A stretch of 64,000 nucleotides of DNA from Blastocatellia bacterium (GCA_044224215.1 JBGAKX010000002.1:10759-74758), one strand, 5' to 3'; positions 9,331 to 19,235 are shown, counted from the stretch's first letter. The notes: generated from the sequence alone by a model not told the origin. Numbers and translations are program-made.

Positions 9331-9693
9331 ATGTCGAACTATGGACTCAGTGCAATTGCGCCGCGCGTCCTGGCCATTGGCTTCGCGCTCTTTCTTTCAA
9401 TCTTCGCAGCCGATGTGTTCGAGGAAAGGAGTGGCTTCTGGCAGACGATCGGAGCGCTGCTCGTGCACTTACTGCCGGCTTTCCTCGTCCTGCTCGTCCT
9501 TGCTCTGGCGTGGCATCGTGAACTTGTTGGAGGTCTGGTCTTCCTACTGCTCGGCGCGCTGTATCTTCTATTTGCAGTGGGACGCATGCATTGGTCGGCC
9601 CTTGTTGTCGTCTCTGGGCCGCTATTCGCCATCGGGGCACTCTTCGTCTGCAGTTGGTGGTTCACCCGTCATGCAGTGGAAGCGCATCCCTGA
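9331..9693 (+). CDS. small 4-TM membrane protein, unknown function
   Basis: A GGGAGGGA RBS precedes it. There are four hydrophobic segments (LAIGFALFLSIFAA..., LLVHLLPAFLVLLVLALAW...). Confidence 0.5.
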   Translation: MSNYGLSAIAPRVLAIGFALFLSIFAADVFEERSGFWQTIGALLVHLLPAFLVLLVLALAWHRELVGGLVFLLLGALYLLFAVGRMHWSALVVVSGPLFAIGALFVCSWWFTRHAVEAHP

Positions 9694-9750
9694 TGAACGA
9701 TTCGTCGGTGCTCGCTCATACAGGGTGCTCCGCGGCGCCGCTCAGCTGTA

Positions 9751-9836
9751 GCGTCAACGGAGCGCGCGCAGCGAGGGTTGATCGGTTATCCCGACATTGG
9801 TCGCGCGCCCGCCGAAGCAGTGCGTTGGCCCGCGGT
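9751..9836 (+). repeat. attC-like repeat
   Basis: CGTCAACGGAGCGCGCGCAGCGAGGGTTGATCGGTTATCCCGACATTGGTCGCGCGCCCGCCGAAGCAGTGCGTTGGCCCGCGG. A CAAC...GTTGG inverse-core/core pair is at the ends. Confidence 0.6.
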
Positions 9837-10073
9837 ACGGCTTTGCTCCAGGTGAGCAAATGAACGAGAACAGCACCGGCCGACGGGCGGAACGTATCGC
9901 GAGCGCGGGTCACGCGGCCTTTGCTTCGACCCTGGTCGGCCTCGGAGTCCAAGGCTTGATCAAGCGCGATCTCGCGAATCCTACTGCGCCATTCTCTGGT
10001 TTGCCTTGGGCAAGAGGTAGCTACTCGTCATCGACGACGTGGCGGCCTGGCAGCCCGGCCGTATACTCTGGGC

Positions 10074-10388
10074 ATGAGAATCGATCCTGATCACGACGCC
10101 ATACGGCGCACTCGCGCACGGGCTCTCGGAGCCGTAGCCATTGGAGCACAGTCGTCGGGTGCGACGGCGGCCGGCGCTCTCGCGATCGGCGCCATGGCCG
10201 TCGGTGCGGTGGCCATTGGGGCGCTGGCTATCGGCCGTCTGACCGTCAAGCGCTTGTCCGTCCGGCGATCCCGCATCGACCGACTGGAGATCGGCGAGCT
10301 GACCGTGGGCCGACTTCAGGTCGAAGAACTCGTCGTAACGAAGAGGTACGTCGTGCCGGTCGACAACGCCGACAGGGATTCCTTGTGA
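10074..10388 (+). CDS. small low-complexity protein with GA(L/V)AIG repeats and a periodic R/L/V segment
   Basis: ALGAVAIGAQSSGATAAGALAIGAMAVGAVAIGALAIGRLTVKRLSVRRSRIDRLEIGELTVGRLQVEELVV. GC3 is moderately high. No family was recognised. Confidence 0.3.
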   Translation: MRIDPDHDAIRRTRARALGAVAIGAQSSGATAAGALAIGAMAVGAVAIGALAIGRLTVKRLSVRRSRIDRLEIGELTVGRLQVEELVVTKRYVVPVDNADRDSL

Positions 10389-10475
10389 AACATTGGTGAA
10401 CAGGATCGACAGGATTCGACTTCTATCCTGTCCATGCTGGTCATCGATGTTGACTGAGCTCGTTCCGACGTCGAC

Positions 10476-11210
10476 ATGATCTACATCTGCGTGAGGAAGA
10501 CGACGGACTGGGATGACCGAGCGACGTTTCTCAGTCAGCTGAGCGAGGACTTCAGACCAAAGGTCGAGGTCTGGGACGCGACCTTCACGATGCCGTTCCA
10601 TCGCTTTCGCTCCAGGATCAAGGAGATTGCGCAGCTCAATCTCAGCGAGGTCCGGGGTGCCCGGCTCGCCGAGCTCGACGACGTGCCCGACGGGAGCGTC
10701 GTCGTTCCCATCGATGACGACGACTGGCTTGCGCCCGAACTTGTCACCGTCCTGGAGAACGAGCTCGAGGGCAACGTGACCGGATACCACTGGGAGAAGG
10801 ACATCCTGGAACTTCCCCCCAGGATGGTCAACAAGGCAGCGCGCTTCGTGCTGTACACGCTCCTGCGCCGTCCGCGCGTGATATGGACGTGCTCCACGAA
10901 CAGCTACGCACTCGTGAAGAGGGACGCGATGCGCCACCCCTTGATGAGCCACGTCGCCGCGAGCGCCTACTTCGACGGGCAACCGAACGAGGTCAAGCGA
11001 ATTGGCCGCCACCTGAGCATGATGAACAGGAGCCTCGCCTCGCAGACGTCGATGGGTTGGCGCAAGCCCGGTGTGACGAGGAGTGAGTTGACTGCCAAGT
11101 TCCATCGCTACCGGAAGCTCTACGCGGAATTCGAGCATCCGGAAATGGCCTGGACTGGCCGCTACGTGAAGATGATGGCGGACCTGATGGCCGAGTTACA
11201 CGTCAAATAG
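10476..11210 (+). CDS. hypothetical protein (244 aa)
   Basis: GC3 bias is strong and the sequence is not low-complexity. The overlapping large - strand ORF is R/H-rich antisense. Confidence 0.55.
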   Translation: MIYICVRKTTDWDDRATFLSQLSEDFRPKVEVWDATFTMPFHRFRSRIKEIAQLNLSEVRGARLAELDDVPDGSVVVPIDDDDWLAPELVTVLENELEGNVTGYHWEKDILELPPRMVNKAARFVLYTLLRRPRVIWTCSTNSYALVKRDAMRHPLMSHVAASAYFDGQPNEVKRIGRHLSMMNRSLASQTSMGWRKPGVTRSELTAKFHRYRKLYAEFEHPEMAWTGRYVKMMADLMAELHVK

Positions 11211-11306
11211 GCGCGGCGACTTAGCTGCGTTCCCGCGGAGGCAATCTGGCGGATGGCGATGGCGGTGGAGTAACGTTGCAGACACTGAGCCTTGAAAGGT
11301 GGTGAA

Positions 11307-11612
11307 ATGATGGTCACGAAAGCACTCTATGTCAGTCTGAGAGCCAAGCCCGGGAAGGAAGCGGATGTCGAGGCGTTTCTCAAGGGCGGCCTCGCGCTGG
11401 TGAACGACGAGCCGGAAACGACGGCGTGGTTCGCGATGCAGATGGGTCCGGCCACGTTCGGAATATTCGACGCGTTTCCTGACGACGCGGGGCGTGATGC
11501 ACATCTGGCTGGGCGCGTTGCGGAGGCGTTGATGGCAAAGGCCGGCGAGCTCTTGGTAGAACCGCCGGCAATCCACAAGGTCGACGTCATTGCAGCGAAG
11601 CTGCCTGCCTGA
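11307..11612 (+). CDS. antibiotic biosynthesis monooxygenase (ABM) domain protein
   Basis: MVTKALYVSLRAKPGKEADVEAFLKGG...FGIFDAFPDDAGRDAHLAG. An AAAGGTGGTGA RBS precedes it. Confidence 0.7.
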   Translation: MMVTKALYVSLRAKPGKEADVEAFLKGGLALVNDEPETTAWFAMQMGPATFGIFDAFPDDAGRDAHLAGRVAEALMAKAGELLVEPPAIHKVDVIAAKLPA

Positions 11613-11682
11613 AGCGACGGGCGTAGCTCGCGACGTCCGAGGACCTTCGCCGGTACAACGCCTCCGAACTGGCGCATGCAGC

Positions 11683-11756
11683 AGAGCGTGCGCAGCCGAT
11701 CCTGATTCGTACATCCGGCATTGGTGGCGCGCGCCGGTTCACGGAGCGCGTCAGGC
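11683..11756 (+). repeat. attC-like repeat, slightly diverged
   Basis: AGAGCGTGCGCAGCCGATCCTGATTCGTACATCCGGCATTGGTGGCGCGCGCCGGTTCACGGAGCGCG aligns closely to the repeat at 9751. Confidence 0.5.
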
Positions 11757-11774
11757 GTCAATACATAGGAAGGT

Positions 11775-12443
11775 ATGAAAATGGCACGCGTCCGAGTTGA
11801 GAGCTTTACCATCTCGCTTGACGGATACGGAGCTGGTCCGAATCAGGACCTCGGAAATCCGCTCGGCGTGGGCGGAACGGATTTGCACCCGTGGTTAGTC
11901 TCGACACGCACGTTCCAACAGACCCTATTCGGGGTCGACGGTGGCACAACGGGGATCGATGACGACTTCGCTGCGCGGGGCTTCAAGAATGTTGGCGCCT
12001 GGATTCTCGGAAGAAACATGTTCGGACCGATTCGCGGTTCCTGGCCCGACATGAACTGGAAAGGATGGTGGGGGGACAACCCTCCCTATCACGTTCCAAC
12101 GTTCATCTTGACTCATCACGCGCGCCCGCCCATCCAGATGGAAGGCGGAACAACATTCCACTTCGTCACGGGCGGGATTCACGAGGCGCTTGACCGGGCG
12201 CGCGAGGCAGCCAATGGCACGGATGTGCGCATTGGCGGCGGGGCGAACACGATCCAGCAATATCTTCGTACGGGCCTGATCGATGAGCTGCACGTCGCCA
12301 TCGCACCGGTCCTGCTGGGCGGCGGAGAGCGACTCTTTGAGGGGATTGACATGCGCGCTCTCGGATACGAATGCATACAGTTCGTTGCGTCGGAGAAGGC
12401 CACGCATGTTGTGCTCCGGCGCCACGGGCACCGTGACGCCTAG
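11775..12443 (+). CDS. dihydrofolate reductase-family protein (RibD_C)
   Basis: MKMARVRVESFTISLDGYGAGPNQ...IDELHVAIAPVLLGGGERLF. An AGGAAGG RBS precedes it. Confidence 0.75.
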   Translation: MKMARVRVESFTISLDGYGAGPNQDLGNPLGVGGTDLHPWLVSTRTFQQTLFGVDGGTTGIDDDFAARGFKNVGAWILGRNMFGPIRGSWPDMNWKGWWGDNPPYHVPTFILTHHARPPIQMEGGTTFHFVTGGIHEALDRAREAANGTDVRIGGGANTIQQYLRTGLIDELHVAIAPVLLGGGERLFEGIDMRALGYECIQFVASEKATHVVLRRHGHRDA

Positions 12444-12444
12444 C

Positions 12445-12538
12445 GGCGATTGAACCGGGTCGGGCGCCGCGGACATTGAAGGTAGCCAAGATTTGGTGGC
12501 GGCTTCGCGCCCGTTGAACCTGATCGCTGGGCGCGGGT
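12445..12538 (+). repeat. attC-like repeat, diverged
   Basis: ...ATTTGGTGGCGGCTTCGCGCCCGTTGAACCTGATCGCTGGGCGCGGG matches the right half of the family. Confidence 0.35.
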
Positions 12539-12563
12539 CATATCACCTTTGGAGTGGAGAGAA

Positions 12564-13019
12564 ATGAATAGGGCGATTCTCGCAGTCGCAGTATTGGTTC
12601 TCGCGGCAATACCATCGGCGATGACCTGGGCCAGGCAAGAGAGTAAGAGCGTCGTCGTCTTTACCCCGGAGCACGTGCGGTGGTTCACGCCGCCCTACTA
12701 CAAGGACGGGCGGCAACGGGCGCAGTTGTATGGCGACTCAAGTCAGGGCGGAGCGTGGGTGGATCGGGTGAAGATACCCGCCGGCGGGCGTGTCCTCGCG
12801 CATACACACCCGCACGACGAACTGGTTACAGTTCTCGAAGGGACCTGGTATCTGGGTGAGGGGACGAAGTTCGACCCGACTAAGCTGACGGGCTACCCGA
12901 CAGGGAGTTTTATCGTCATCCCGGCCGGCACCCCACATTTCGTAGCTGCGAAGGACGGTGCCGTGATAGTTCAGTTGAGTGGCGCTGGCAAATTCGGCAC
13001 GGACTACCTTGAGAAGTAA
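12564..13019 (+). CDS. secreted cupin-domain protein
   Basis: Signal peptide is MNRAILAVAVLVLAAIPSAMTWA. The cupin motifs are AHTHPHDELVTVLEGT...PAGTPHF. A GGAGTGGAGAG RBS precedes it. Confidence 0.7.
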   Translation: MNRAILAVAVLVLAAIPSAMTWARQESKSVVVFTPEHVRWFTPPYYKDGRQRAQLYGDSSQGGAWVDRVKIPAGGRVLAHTHPHDELVTVLEGTWYLGEGTKFDPTKLTGYPTGSFIVIPAGTPHFVAAKDGAVIVQLSGAGKFGTDYLEK

Positions 13020-13054
13020 GCGAATACAATCTTTGGCCCATCCGAGAAGCGCCG

Positions 13055-13134
13055 AACGAACGCGCGCAGCTGACGGTGATCGATTATCCTTTGGTGGATC
13101 GCACGAGACCGGTGAATCAGCGCGCTATGTGGCC
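13055..13134 (+). repeat. attC-like repeat
   Basis: GAACGAACGCGCGCAGCTGACGGTGATCGATTATCCTTTGGTGGATCGCACGAGACCGGTGAATCAGCGCGCTATGTGGCC. Confidence 0.6.
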
Positions 13135-13175
13135 ACATCCGGGCAGGTATCGCCGTGGTCAAAAGGAGGCGAGCA

Positions 13176-13871
13176 ATGCCGCTGCGTCACAACGAACGTC
13201 ACCGATCGGAACGAATTGGATGGCTTCGGGCCGCAGTTCTTGGCGCCAACGACGGCATTGTCTCAACGGCGAGCCTCGTCTTGGGTGTTGCAGCCGGGGG
13301 CGCTACACGGAGCGGTGTGGCGATCGCCGGTGTCGCCGGCCTTGTCGCGGGCGCTATGTCGATGGCGGCTGGCGAATATGTGTCGGTCAGCTCGCAGGTG
13401 GACACTGAAGACGCTGACCTGGCGACGGAGCGTCGGGAACTGGCGACCGATAACGCCTCCGAGCGATTGGAGTTGGCCGCAATCTACGTCGCGCGAGGCG
13501 TCGAGCGGGCTCTCGCACAACAGGTTGCCGATCAATTGATGGCGCGCGATGCTCTCGGGGCCCACGCACGGGATGAACTGGGGATCTCGGAAATCACGCG
13601 AGCCCGACCAATCCAGGCGGCACTAGCGTCCGCGGCAACGTTCTCTGCGGGTGCCGCACTGCCGCTGCTCGTCGCGCTCGTGGTCCCTGCCAGCGTATTC
13701 GCTCCGGCGGTCACGGGAACCTCGCTCGTGTTCCTGGCAACGCTCGGCGGGCTCGCCGCGCGAACTGGCGGCGCATCCGCAACAGTGGGTGCGATGCGGG
13801 TAACCTTCTGGGGCGCGCTCGCGATGGCGCTTACGTATGGCGTTGGCGCACTCTTCGGTGCCGTAGTGTGA
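13176..13871 (+). CDS. VIT1/CCC1-family (vacuolar iron transporter-like) membrane protein
   Basis: RIGWLRAAVLGANDGIVSTASLVLGVAAGG fits the VIT family. An AAGGAGG RBS precedes it. Confidence 0.75.
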   Translation: MPLRHNERHRSERIGWLRAAVLGANDGIVSTASLVLGVAAGGATRSGVAIAGVAGLVAGAMSMAAGEYVSVSSQVDTEDADLATERRELATDNASERLELAAIYVARGVERALAQQVADQLMARDALGAHARDELGISEITRARPIQAALASAATFSAGAALPLLVALVVPASVFAPAVTGTSLVFLATLGGLAARTGGASATVGAMRVTFWGALAMALTYGVGALFGAVV

Positions 13872-13936
13872 GATCCGGCGCATAACACGTGATACGCTCG
13901 CACACTGCCCTCTCAACGCTACTGAAAGGAACCAAT

Positions 13937-14245
13937 ATGGCAACAGCACTCGCGCTCTACAACACCCCGACGAATCCTGCCGAATTCGACGCGTACTACT
14001 TGCTGAAACACGCACCACTCGCGAAGGGTCTCCCTGGATTGCGCTCCTACGAGATTAGCGCCGGAGCTGTGCTGACTCCTGCCGGGTCGGCCCCGTATCA
14101 CTTGATCGCGGTCCTACGATTCGACACGATGAGTGACCTTCAGGCTGCGCTAGCTTCGCCGACCGGGCAAGAGGTTGTGGCGGACCTGGAGAACTTTGCA
14201 ACAGGCGGCGTCTCGGTGTTGCTCTTCGACGATCAGCCCGTCTGA
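13937..14245 (+). CDS. EthD-domain-like small protein
   Basis: MATALALYNTPTNPAEFDAYYLLKHAPLAKGLPGLRSYEIS...LENFATGG. An AAAGGA RBS precedes it. Confidence 0.55.
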   Translation: MATALALYNTPTNPAEFDAYYLLKHAPLAKGLPGLRSYEISAGAVLTPAGSAPYHLIAVLRFDTMSDLQAALASPTGQEVVADLENFATGGVSVLLFDDQPV

Positions 14246-14345
14246 TCTTTGTCCGTACGCCCGTGTAGTCCGTGTACCTGCAACGCGGTCACAATGGTGC
14301 GCGGCAGAAGCAGGCGCAATCAGAACGCCGCCGAACCAGCGACTC

Positions 14346-14432
14346 GAGCGGAGCGCGCGCAGCTGAAGTTGATAGGTGATCCCATGGTTGGTCGCGCGCG
14401 CCCTGTCAATCAGAGCATACGGCGCGCTCGCC
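14346..14432 (+). repeat. attC-like repeat
   Basis: GAGCGGAGCGCGCGCAGCTGAAGTTGATAGGTGATCCCATGGTTGGTCGCGCGCGCCCTGTCAATCAGAGCATACGGCGCGCTCGCC. The outer GAGCGCGC / GCGCGCTC boxes are inverted repeats. Confidence 0.6.
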
Positions 14433-14494
14433 TTTAATCACAAAACCACACCCATTGGTGGCAATCGCGGATTCTGATCGTACTGGAACAGGCC

Positions 14495-14782
14495 ATGTGT
14501 AGGAACATCAAGACCCTCTTCAACTTCGAGCCACCAGCGACCGAGGAGGAGATCCGTGCAGCCTCGCTCCAATTCGTTCGCAAGCTCAGCGGGTTCACGA
14601 ATCCATCGCGAGCCAATCGGGCGGCCTTTGACCGCGCGGTCGAGGAGGTAACTGTTGTTGCCGCGAGGTTGATCGACTCGTTGGTGACAACGGCCGAGCC
14701 CAGAGATCGCGCGATTGAGGTGGAGCGACTCCGTGCGCGAGCCGCCAGTCGATTCGGTCGGAATCCATCGGGCGGCCGATGA
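14495..14782 (+). CDS. DUF2277-like small protein
   Basis: MCRNIKTLFNFEPPATEEEIRAASLQFVRKLSGFTNPS is a conserved N-terminal motif I associate with DUF2277. Confidence 0.55.
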   Translation: MCRNIKTLFNFEPPATEEEIRAASLQFVRKLSGFTNPSRANRAAFDRAVEEVTVVAARLIDSLVTTAEPRDRAIEVERLRARAASRFGRNPSGGR

Positions 14783-14825
14783 ACGCCCGCGCGGTTCGAA
14801 TCGTATCCGCAACGGAGCGGCACGA

Positions 14826-15266
14826 ATGACACAACCCACAATATCGGGCGTCTCGCCGTTCTTTATTGTTGCCGATGTCCGGGCAACGCTCGCGTCTTAT
14901 CGAGACGCGCTGGGTTCTGAAGTCACGTTTCGAGGTCCTGCGCCTGATGACGAATTTTTCGGAATTGTCCGGCGTGATGGGGCGATGATCATGTTCAAGG
15001 CGCTGGGCGAAGTCTCAGGCGGCAAAGAAGTCGTCGTCGAACCAGTCCCGAATTACAACCGTAAACCAGCCTTTAGCTGGGATGCGTATCTCGAGGTCCC
15101 TGATCCGGACGCGTTGGCCACGGAGTTCGCATCGCGAGGCATTCGTTTCTCGGCTCCTGTCGGGGACAATGACGATGGTCTCAGGGGCTTCGTGATCGAG
15201 GACATCGACGGTTACGGGTTGTTCTTCGGGGATCTTCGAGCATCGACCGAACGGCGACATGAGTGA
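14826..15266 (+). CDS. VOC/glyoxalase-bleomycin resistance family protein
   Basis: MTQPTISGVSPFFIVADVRATLASYRDALG...GFVIEDIDGYGLFFG. Confidence 0.7.
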   Translation: MTQPTISGVSPFFIVADVRATLASYRDALGSEVTFRGPAPDDEFFGIVRRDGAMIMFKALGEVSGGKEVVVEPVPNYNRKPAFSWDAYLEVPDPDALATEFASRGIRFSAPVGDNDDGLRGFVIEDIDGYGLFFGDLRASTERRHE

Positions 15267-15323
15267 CAAGACGCTCCTGGGACACGGTTTGCCACGCTGA
15301 CCGATCGGCAGTACGCTCACGTC

Positions 15324-15893
<570 letters not shown>

Positions 15894-16009
15894 TCGTGTG
15901 CGCCCGTGGACGCCGCCTGTTCGGCCGACAGACCCACGTCACCGCCGATATCGATGCCCCGTGTTGCCCATGGGCCAAGGACCATCACTCGAGCCGCAGG
16001 AGGAACACC

Positions 16010-16459
16010 ATGCTCGTTGAAACACAGGTGACCATCAACGGATCCAGGGCGGCGATCTGGGCCGCGATCACCGACATCGAGAACGCCTCGAAAACCATCA
16101 GCGGAATCGACAACATCGAGGTTATCGAAAAACCGGCAAACGGGCTCGTGGGCCTACGGTGGCGAGAGACCCGAATGCTATTCGGCAAACCAGCCACGGC
16201 GGAAAAGTGGATCACAGATGCTGTTGAGAACGAGTTCTACAAGACCAGAGCGGAAGACAATGGATTTGTATTCTTGTCCACCATGAGTATTTCAGAGAGC
16301 AGTGACGGCATTACATTGACGAGCGCACATGATTCCAAGCCTCAAGGCATCGTGGCAAGAATGATGTCGATCCCCATGACATTATTCTTCAAGGGCGTGG
16401 CGAAAAAGGCCCTCCTGCAGGACCTGAACGATATTAAGGCCGCGGTTGAACGGGCGTGA
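16010..16459 (+). CDS. SRPBCC superfamily (polyketide cyclase/dehydrase-like) protein
   Basis: MLVETQVTINGSRAAIWAAITDIENASKTISG... An AGGAGG RBS precedes it. Confidence 0.65.
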   Translation: MLVETQVTINGSRAAIWAAITDIENASKTISGIDNIEVIEKPANGLVGLRWRETRMLFGKPATAEKWITDAVENEFYKTRAEDNGFVFLSTMSISESSDGITLTSAHDSKPQGIVARMMSIPMTLFFKGVAKKALLQDLNDIKAAVERA

Positions 16460-16900
16460 TCGATTGCGGGCTGACCACGGGATATCGCGTTCGCGGTTAG
16501 CACAGGTGATGCCAAGCGTTCGGCGACGCTCAATGCCTGAGGGCTCGAATTCAGGCAACCGAGATCCCATTCCCTCTCAAACGTAGGATCTCTCTGCAGG
16601 ATGCTCTTCCAACCCGCAAGCGTACCCCGTATCGTGACGGAAGGAGCCTTGTGGCAAGGTTGCACAACGAATCCGAGATAGGCACAGTAGGACCACGGAA
16701 CTGTCGCTTCCTTCGGGTAGAAGGGTTGGCGGATTGCTTTGGGTGCACATGGGGCACCGCGCCGAATGGGCGGGCCACCGGACGCCGCGCAACGGGTCGT
16801 CGGTTTCACCTGCTGGGCTCACGCGGCGCCGGCGCCAGTACCTGATGTTCGGGCCGCAGCAGAGACATTCCTCTCACCACCACCGCGCATCGGAGGTTAC

Positions 16901-17287
16901 ATGAAACGAGTCACTGGCATCGGCGGCATCTTCTTCAAGGCCAAAGACGCTCCATCACTGCGGGCATGGTACAAGCAGCACCTTGGAATCGACGTTCAGG
17001 TCTGGGGCGGAGCCGCCTTCGATTGGACCGACGCCGAGGGCAAGCCGGTTGCAGGCACCACTGCCTGGTTGATCAACCCGCAAGAAAGTGATCACTTTGC
17101 TCCGAGCTCTGCTTCCTTCATGGTCAACTACCGAGTGGAAGACCTTCACGCCTTGGTCAAGGTATTGAAGGAAGAAGGCTGCAATGTGCTCGAGAAGATT
17201 GAAGAATCCGATTTTGGAAAGTTTGCCTGGGTGATCGATCCAGAGGGAAACAAGGTCGAGCTATGGGAGCCGCCTCAAGGCCAATGA
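16901..17287 (+). CDS. VOC/glyoxalase family protein
   Basis: MKRVTGIGGIFFKAKDAPSLRAWYKQHLGIDV...FAWVIDPEGNKVELWEP. A GGAGG RBS precedes it. Confidence 0.7.
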   Translation: MKRVTGIGGIFFKAKDAPSLRAWYKQHLGIDVQVWGGAAFDWTDAEGKPVAGTTAWLINPQESDHFAPSSASFMVNYRVEDLHALVKVLKEEGCNVLEKIEESDFGKFAWVIDPEGNKVELWEPPQGQ

Positions 17288-17385
17288 GCCGGCACGCTTG
17301 TCACGGCCGCGAACTGAGGGTCGTCACGTACCGCCAGAGGGGTTGAACGCAAGCACCTCGACTTGAAGCGGGGTCCGCAGAAGGT

Positions 17386-17874
17386 ATGAAGACGGAGCTC
17401 CAAAGGCTGGAAGAGCAGCTCGAGCGGGCACTCGAGGGAGAGGCGTGGCACGGCCCCTCCGTGCTCGAAGTGCTCGAAGGTGTCAGTGCGCACCAGGCCG
17501 CCGCGCATCCTGTCGCGGGCGCGCACAGCATCTGGGAGCTGGTTCTGCATCTGAGCACCGACTATGGGCTGGTTCTGAGACGGCTCGGTGGGGATGGCAG
17601 GCAGCTGACCGACTCTGAGGGATGGCCCGAGGTGCCTGAACCGAGCGAAGTGAACTGGAGTGAGTCCGTGCGAAAGCTGAAACTGCTCAACGCCGAGCTC
17701 CGGCGGGCAATCGGGAGCTTTCCTCCCGAGCGTCTGGATGAACCGTTGGTGCCTGACGTGCCCTACACGGCATACACGCAGTTCATTGGCGTAACGCAGC
17801 ACCATCTCTATCACGCAGGCCAGATGGCGCTCCTGAAGAAAGCGCTCGGATCAGCCGATCCCGCCACGCCGTAG
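17386..17874 (+). CDS. DinB/YfiT-family (DinB_2) protein
   Basis: GAHSIWELVLHLSTD...QHHLYHAGQMALLKK. Confidence 0.7.
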   Translation: MKTELQRLEEQLERALEGEAWHGPSVLEVLEGVSAHQAAAHPVAGAHSIWELVLHLSTDYGLVLRRLGGDGRQLTDSEGWPEVPEPSEVNWSESVRKLKLLNAELRRAIGSFPPERLDEPLVPDVPYTAYTQFIGVTQHHLYHAGQMALLKKALGSADPATP

Positions 17875-18224
17875 CCGAGCTGGCGATTCGAGTGACGCGC
17901 CCTACGCATATCGCAGGTGGATGAAAGCAGGGTCTTCCACGGAAAGACACTCTTCGCAGATTCCGTGTCCAGTGTCCTCAGAGGCTGCGACGACGTGCGA
18001 AACAGAATGACGTAGGCATCCGGTGAGGGCGGGCAGTCGCACTCAACTCCTCGAGCAGTGCGAAGGTGAGGAGAAGGAGAGTGACCGGAAGCCGTGCCTT
18101 CCACGCTTCCAGTCACTCGTGGCCGGCGCGCGTGAGCGCAACACTCTATGGCTGCAACGCGTTCGACACTCGGCGCCACGCGTGCCGCAGATCTCGGCAA
18201 TAGCCACTCTCTGGACTCAGGCCG

Positions 18225-19091
18225 TCAGAAATCGGTCATGACCCTATTGATGGCTTCCGCCCCCAGTTGTTCGGCACGCGCCGTAAGATGCGTGTATACA
18301 CTGGTGGTCGTTGGCGAGCTGTGCCCCAGATACTCCTGTATCAGCCGCAGGTTCACACCTGCTTCGAGCAAATGAGTCGCCCAACTATGCCGGAGCGTGT
18401 GGACGGAAGCGCGCTTGTGGATGCCGCTCCGCTTGAGTGCCGCGCGGAACGCGTGCTGCACACTGCTCGTGTGCATCGGCGTAGTCGAGGTTGCCAGGTC
18501 CTTGTGCTCTCTTCCCGCGGACGGAAAGATCAGCACCTGGTTGGCATGCATCATACAGTGCTCACGCAGCAGCTCGACCGTCCGCGAAGGCAAAGGGACA
18601 TAGCGATCCTTGTTACCCTTGCCGTGACGCACGTGGATCATCATCCTCGCGATGTCAATATCGGCTACCTGCAGATGGGTCCCTTCCTGCAGACGCAGTC
18701 CGCACGAATAGATCGTCGAAAGACAGACCCTGTAGCTCGACGACCGAACCAGCGACAGAATCGTGCGTACCTCGTCGGCGCCGAGGACGACCGGAAGCTT
18801 CCTTTCACGAGGCGGCCTCACGAGCCTGAACGTCGCGACGCTGCGATTGAGTGTGTGCTCGTAGAAGAATTTGATCCCGCACAAGGCGACGGTGGTCCCG
18901 CTCCGGGACCATTTCTTGACATTCCTGATGTAGAGGAAATACTCTCGGAGTTCTTCTTCCGTAATCAGGTCGGGCGATTTGTTGAAATGCTCGGCGAGTT
19001 GGCGAACAGCCCGAACGTACATTTCCTGTGTGCGTTCGGACAGGCCGCGGAGTTGAAGACACTCGATCATTCTCCTTCGTAGTTCTGTCAT
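18225..19091 (-). CDS. tyrosine site-specific recombinase (phage-integrase/XerCD-like, SAM-like N-domain)
   Basis: LSERTQEMYVRAVRQLAEHF is the N-terminal SAM-like domain. Catalytic motifs are GLRLQEG, HGKGNKDRYVPL, HTLRHSWATHLL and LGHSSPTTTSVYTH (R..K..HxxR..H..Y). At 288 aa, the region between the KGxKDR and HxLRH boxes appears about 30 aa shorter than in IntI1, so the IntI additional domain is apparently absent. Confidence 0.85.
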   Translation of the reverse strand: MTELRRRMIECLQLRGLSERTQEMYVRAVRQLAEHFNKSPDLITEEELREYFLYIRNVKKWSRSGTTVALCGIKFFYEHTLNRSVATFRLVRPPRERKLPVVLGADEVRTILSLVRSSSYRVCLSTIYSCGLRLQEGTHLQVADIDIARMMIHVRHGKGNKDRYVPLPSRTVELLREHCMMHANQVLIFPSAGREHKDLATSTTPMHTSSVQHAFRAALKRSGIHKRASVHTLRHSWATHLLEAGVNLRLIQEYLGHSSPTTTSVYTHLTARAEQLGAEAINRVMTDF

Positions 19092-19235
19092 GGCTACACC
19101 TCCAAATAGAATTCGCGTTTCCGTTGGAAAGTGTAATTGCGCGGATATTCTTGAATGAGAATCGAGCCGGAACCTCGCGGACGGGCGCTCGATCTGCGCA
19201 AAGCGCTCTAGAGGGTGTCACGCATGTGTCGTCCA

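Noticed and set aside
9981-11138. 385-aa - strand ORF, and many other long - strand ORFs (38537-39931, 44375-45706, 51704-53437, 55031-56110, 56802-57818, 47279-48337, 20979-21959 and others)
   Set aside because: They are extremely Arg/His/Pro-rich and low-complexity, with no domain signatures. They lie antisense to + strand genes that have clear family motifs, RBSs and GC3 bias. This is typical shadow-ORF behaviour in high-GC DNA.
16460-16900. 440-bp gene-free gap with a GCCTGA...TCAGGC hairpin, looked at as a possible ncRNA, terminator or attC
   Set aside because: It has no repeat-family boxes, no U-tract after the hairpin and no convincing ORF. It is probably a decayed cassette remnant, and I cannot support a specific feature.
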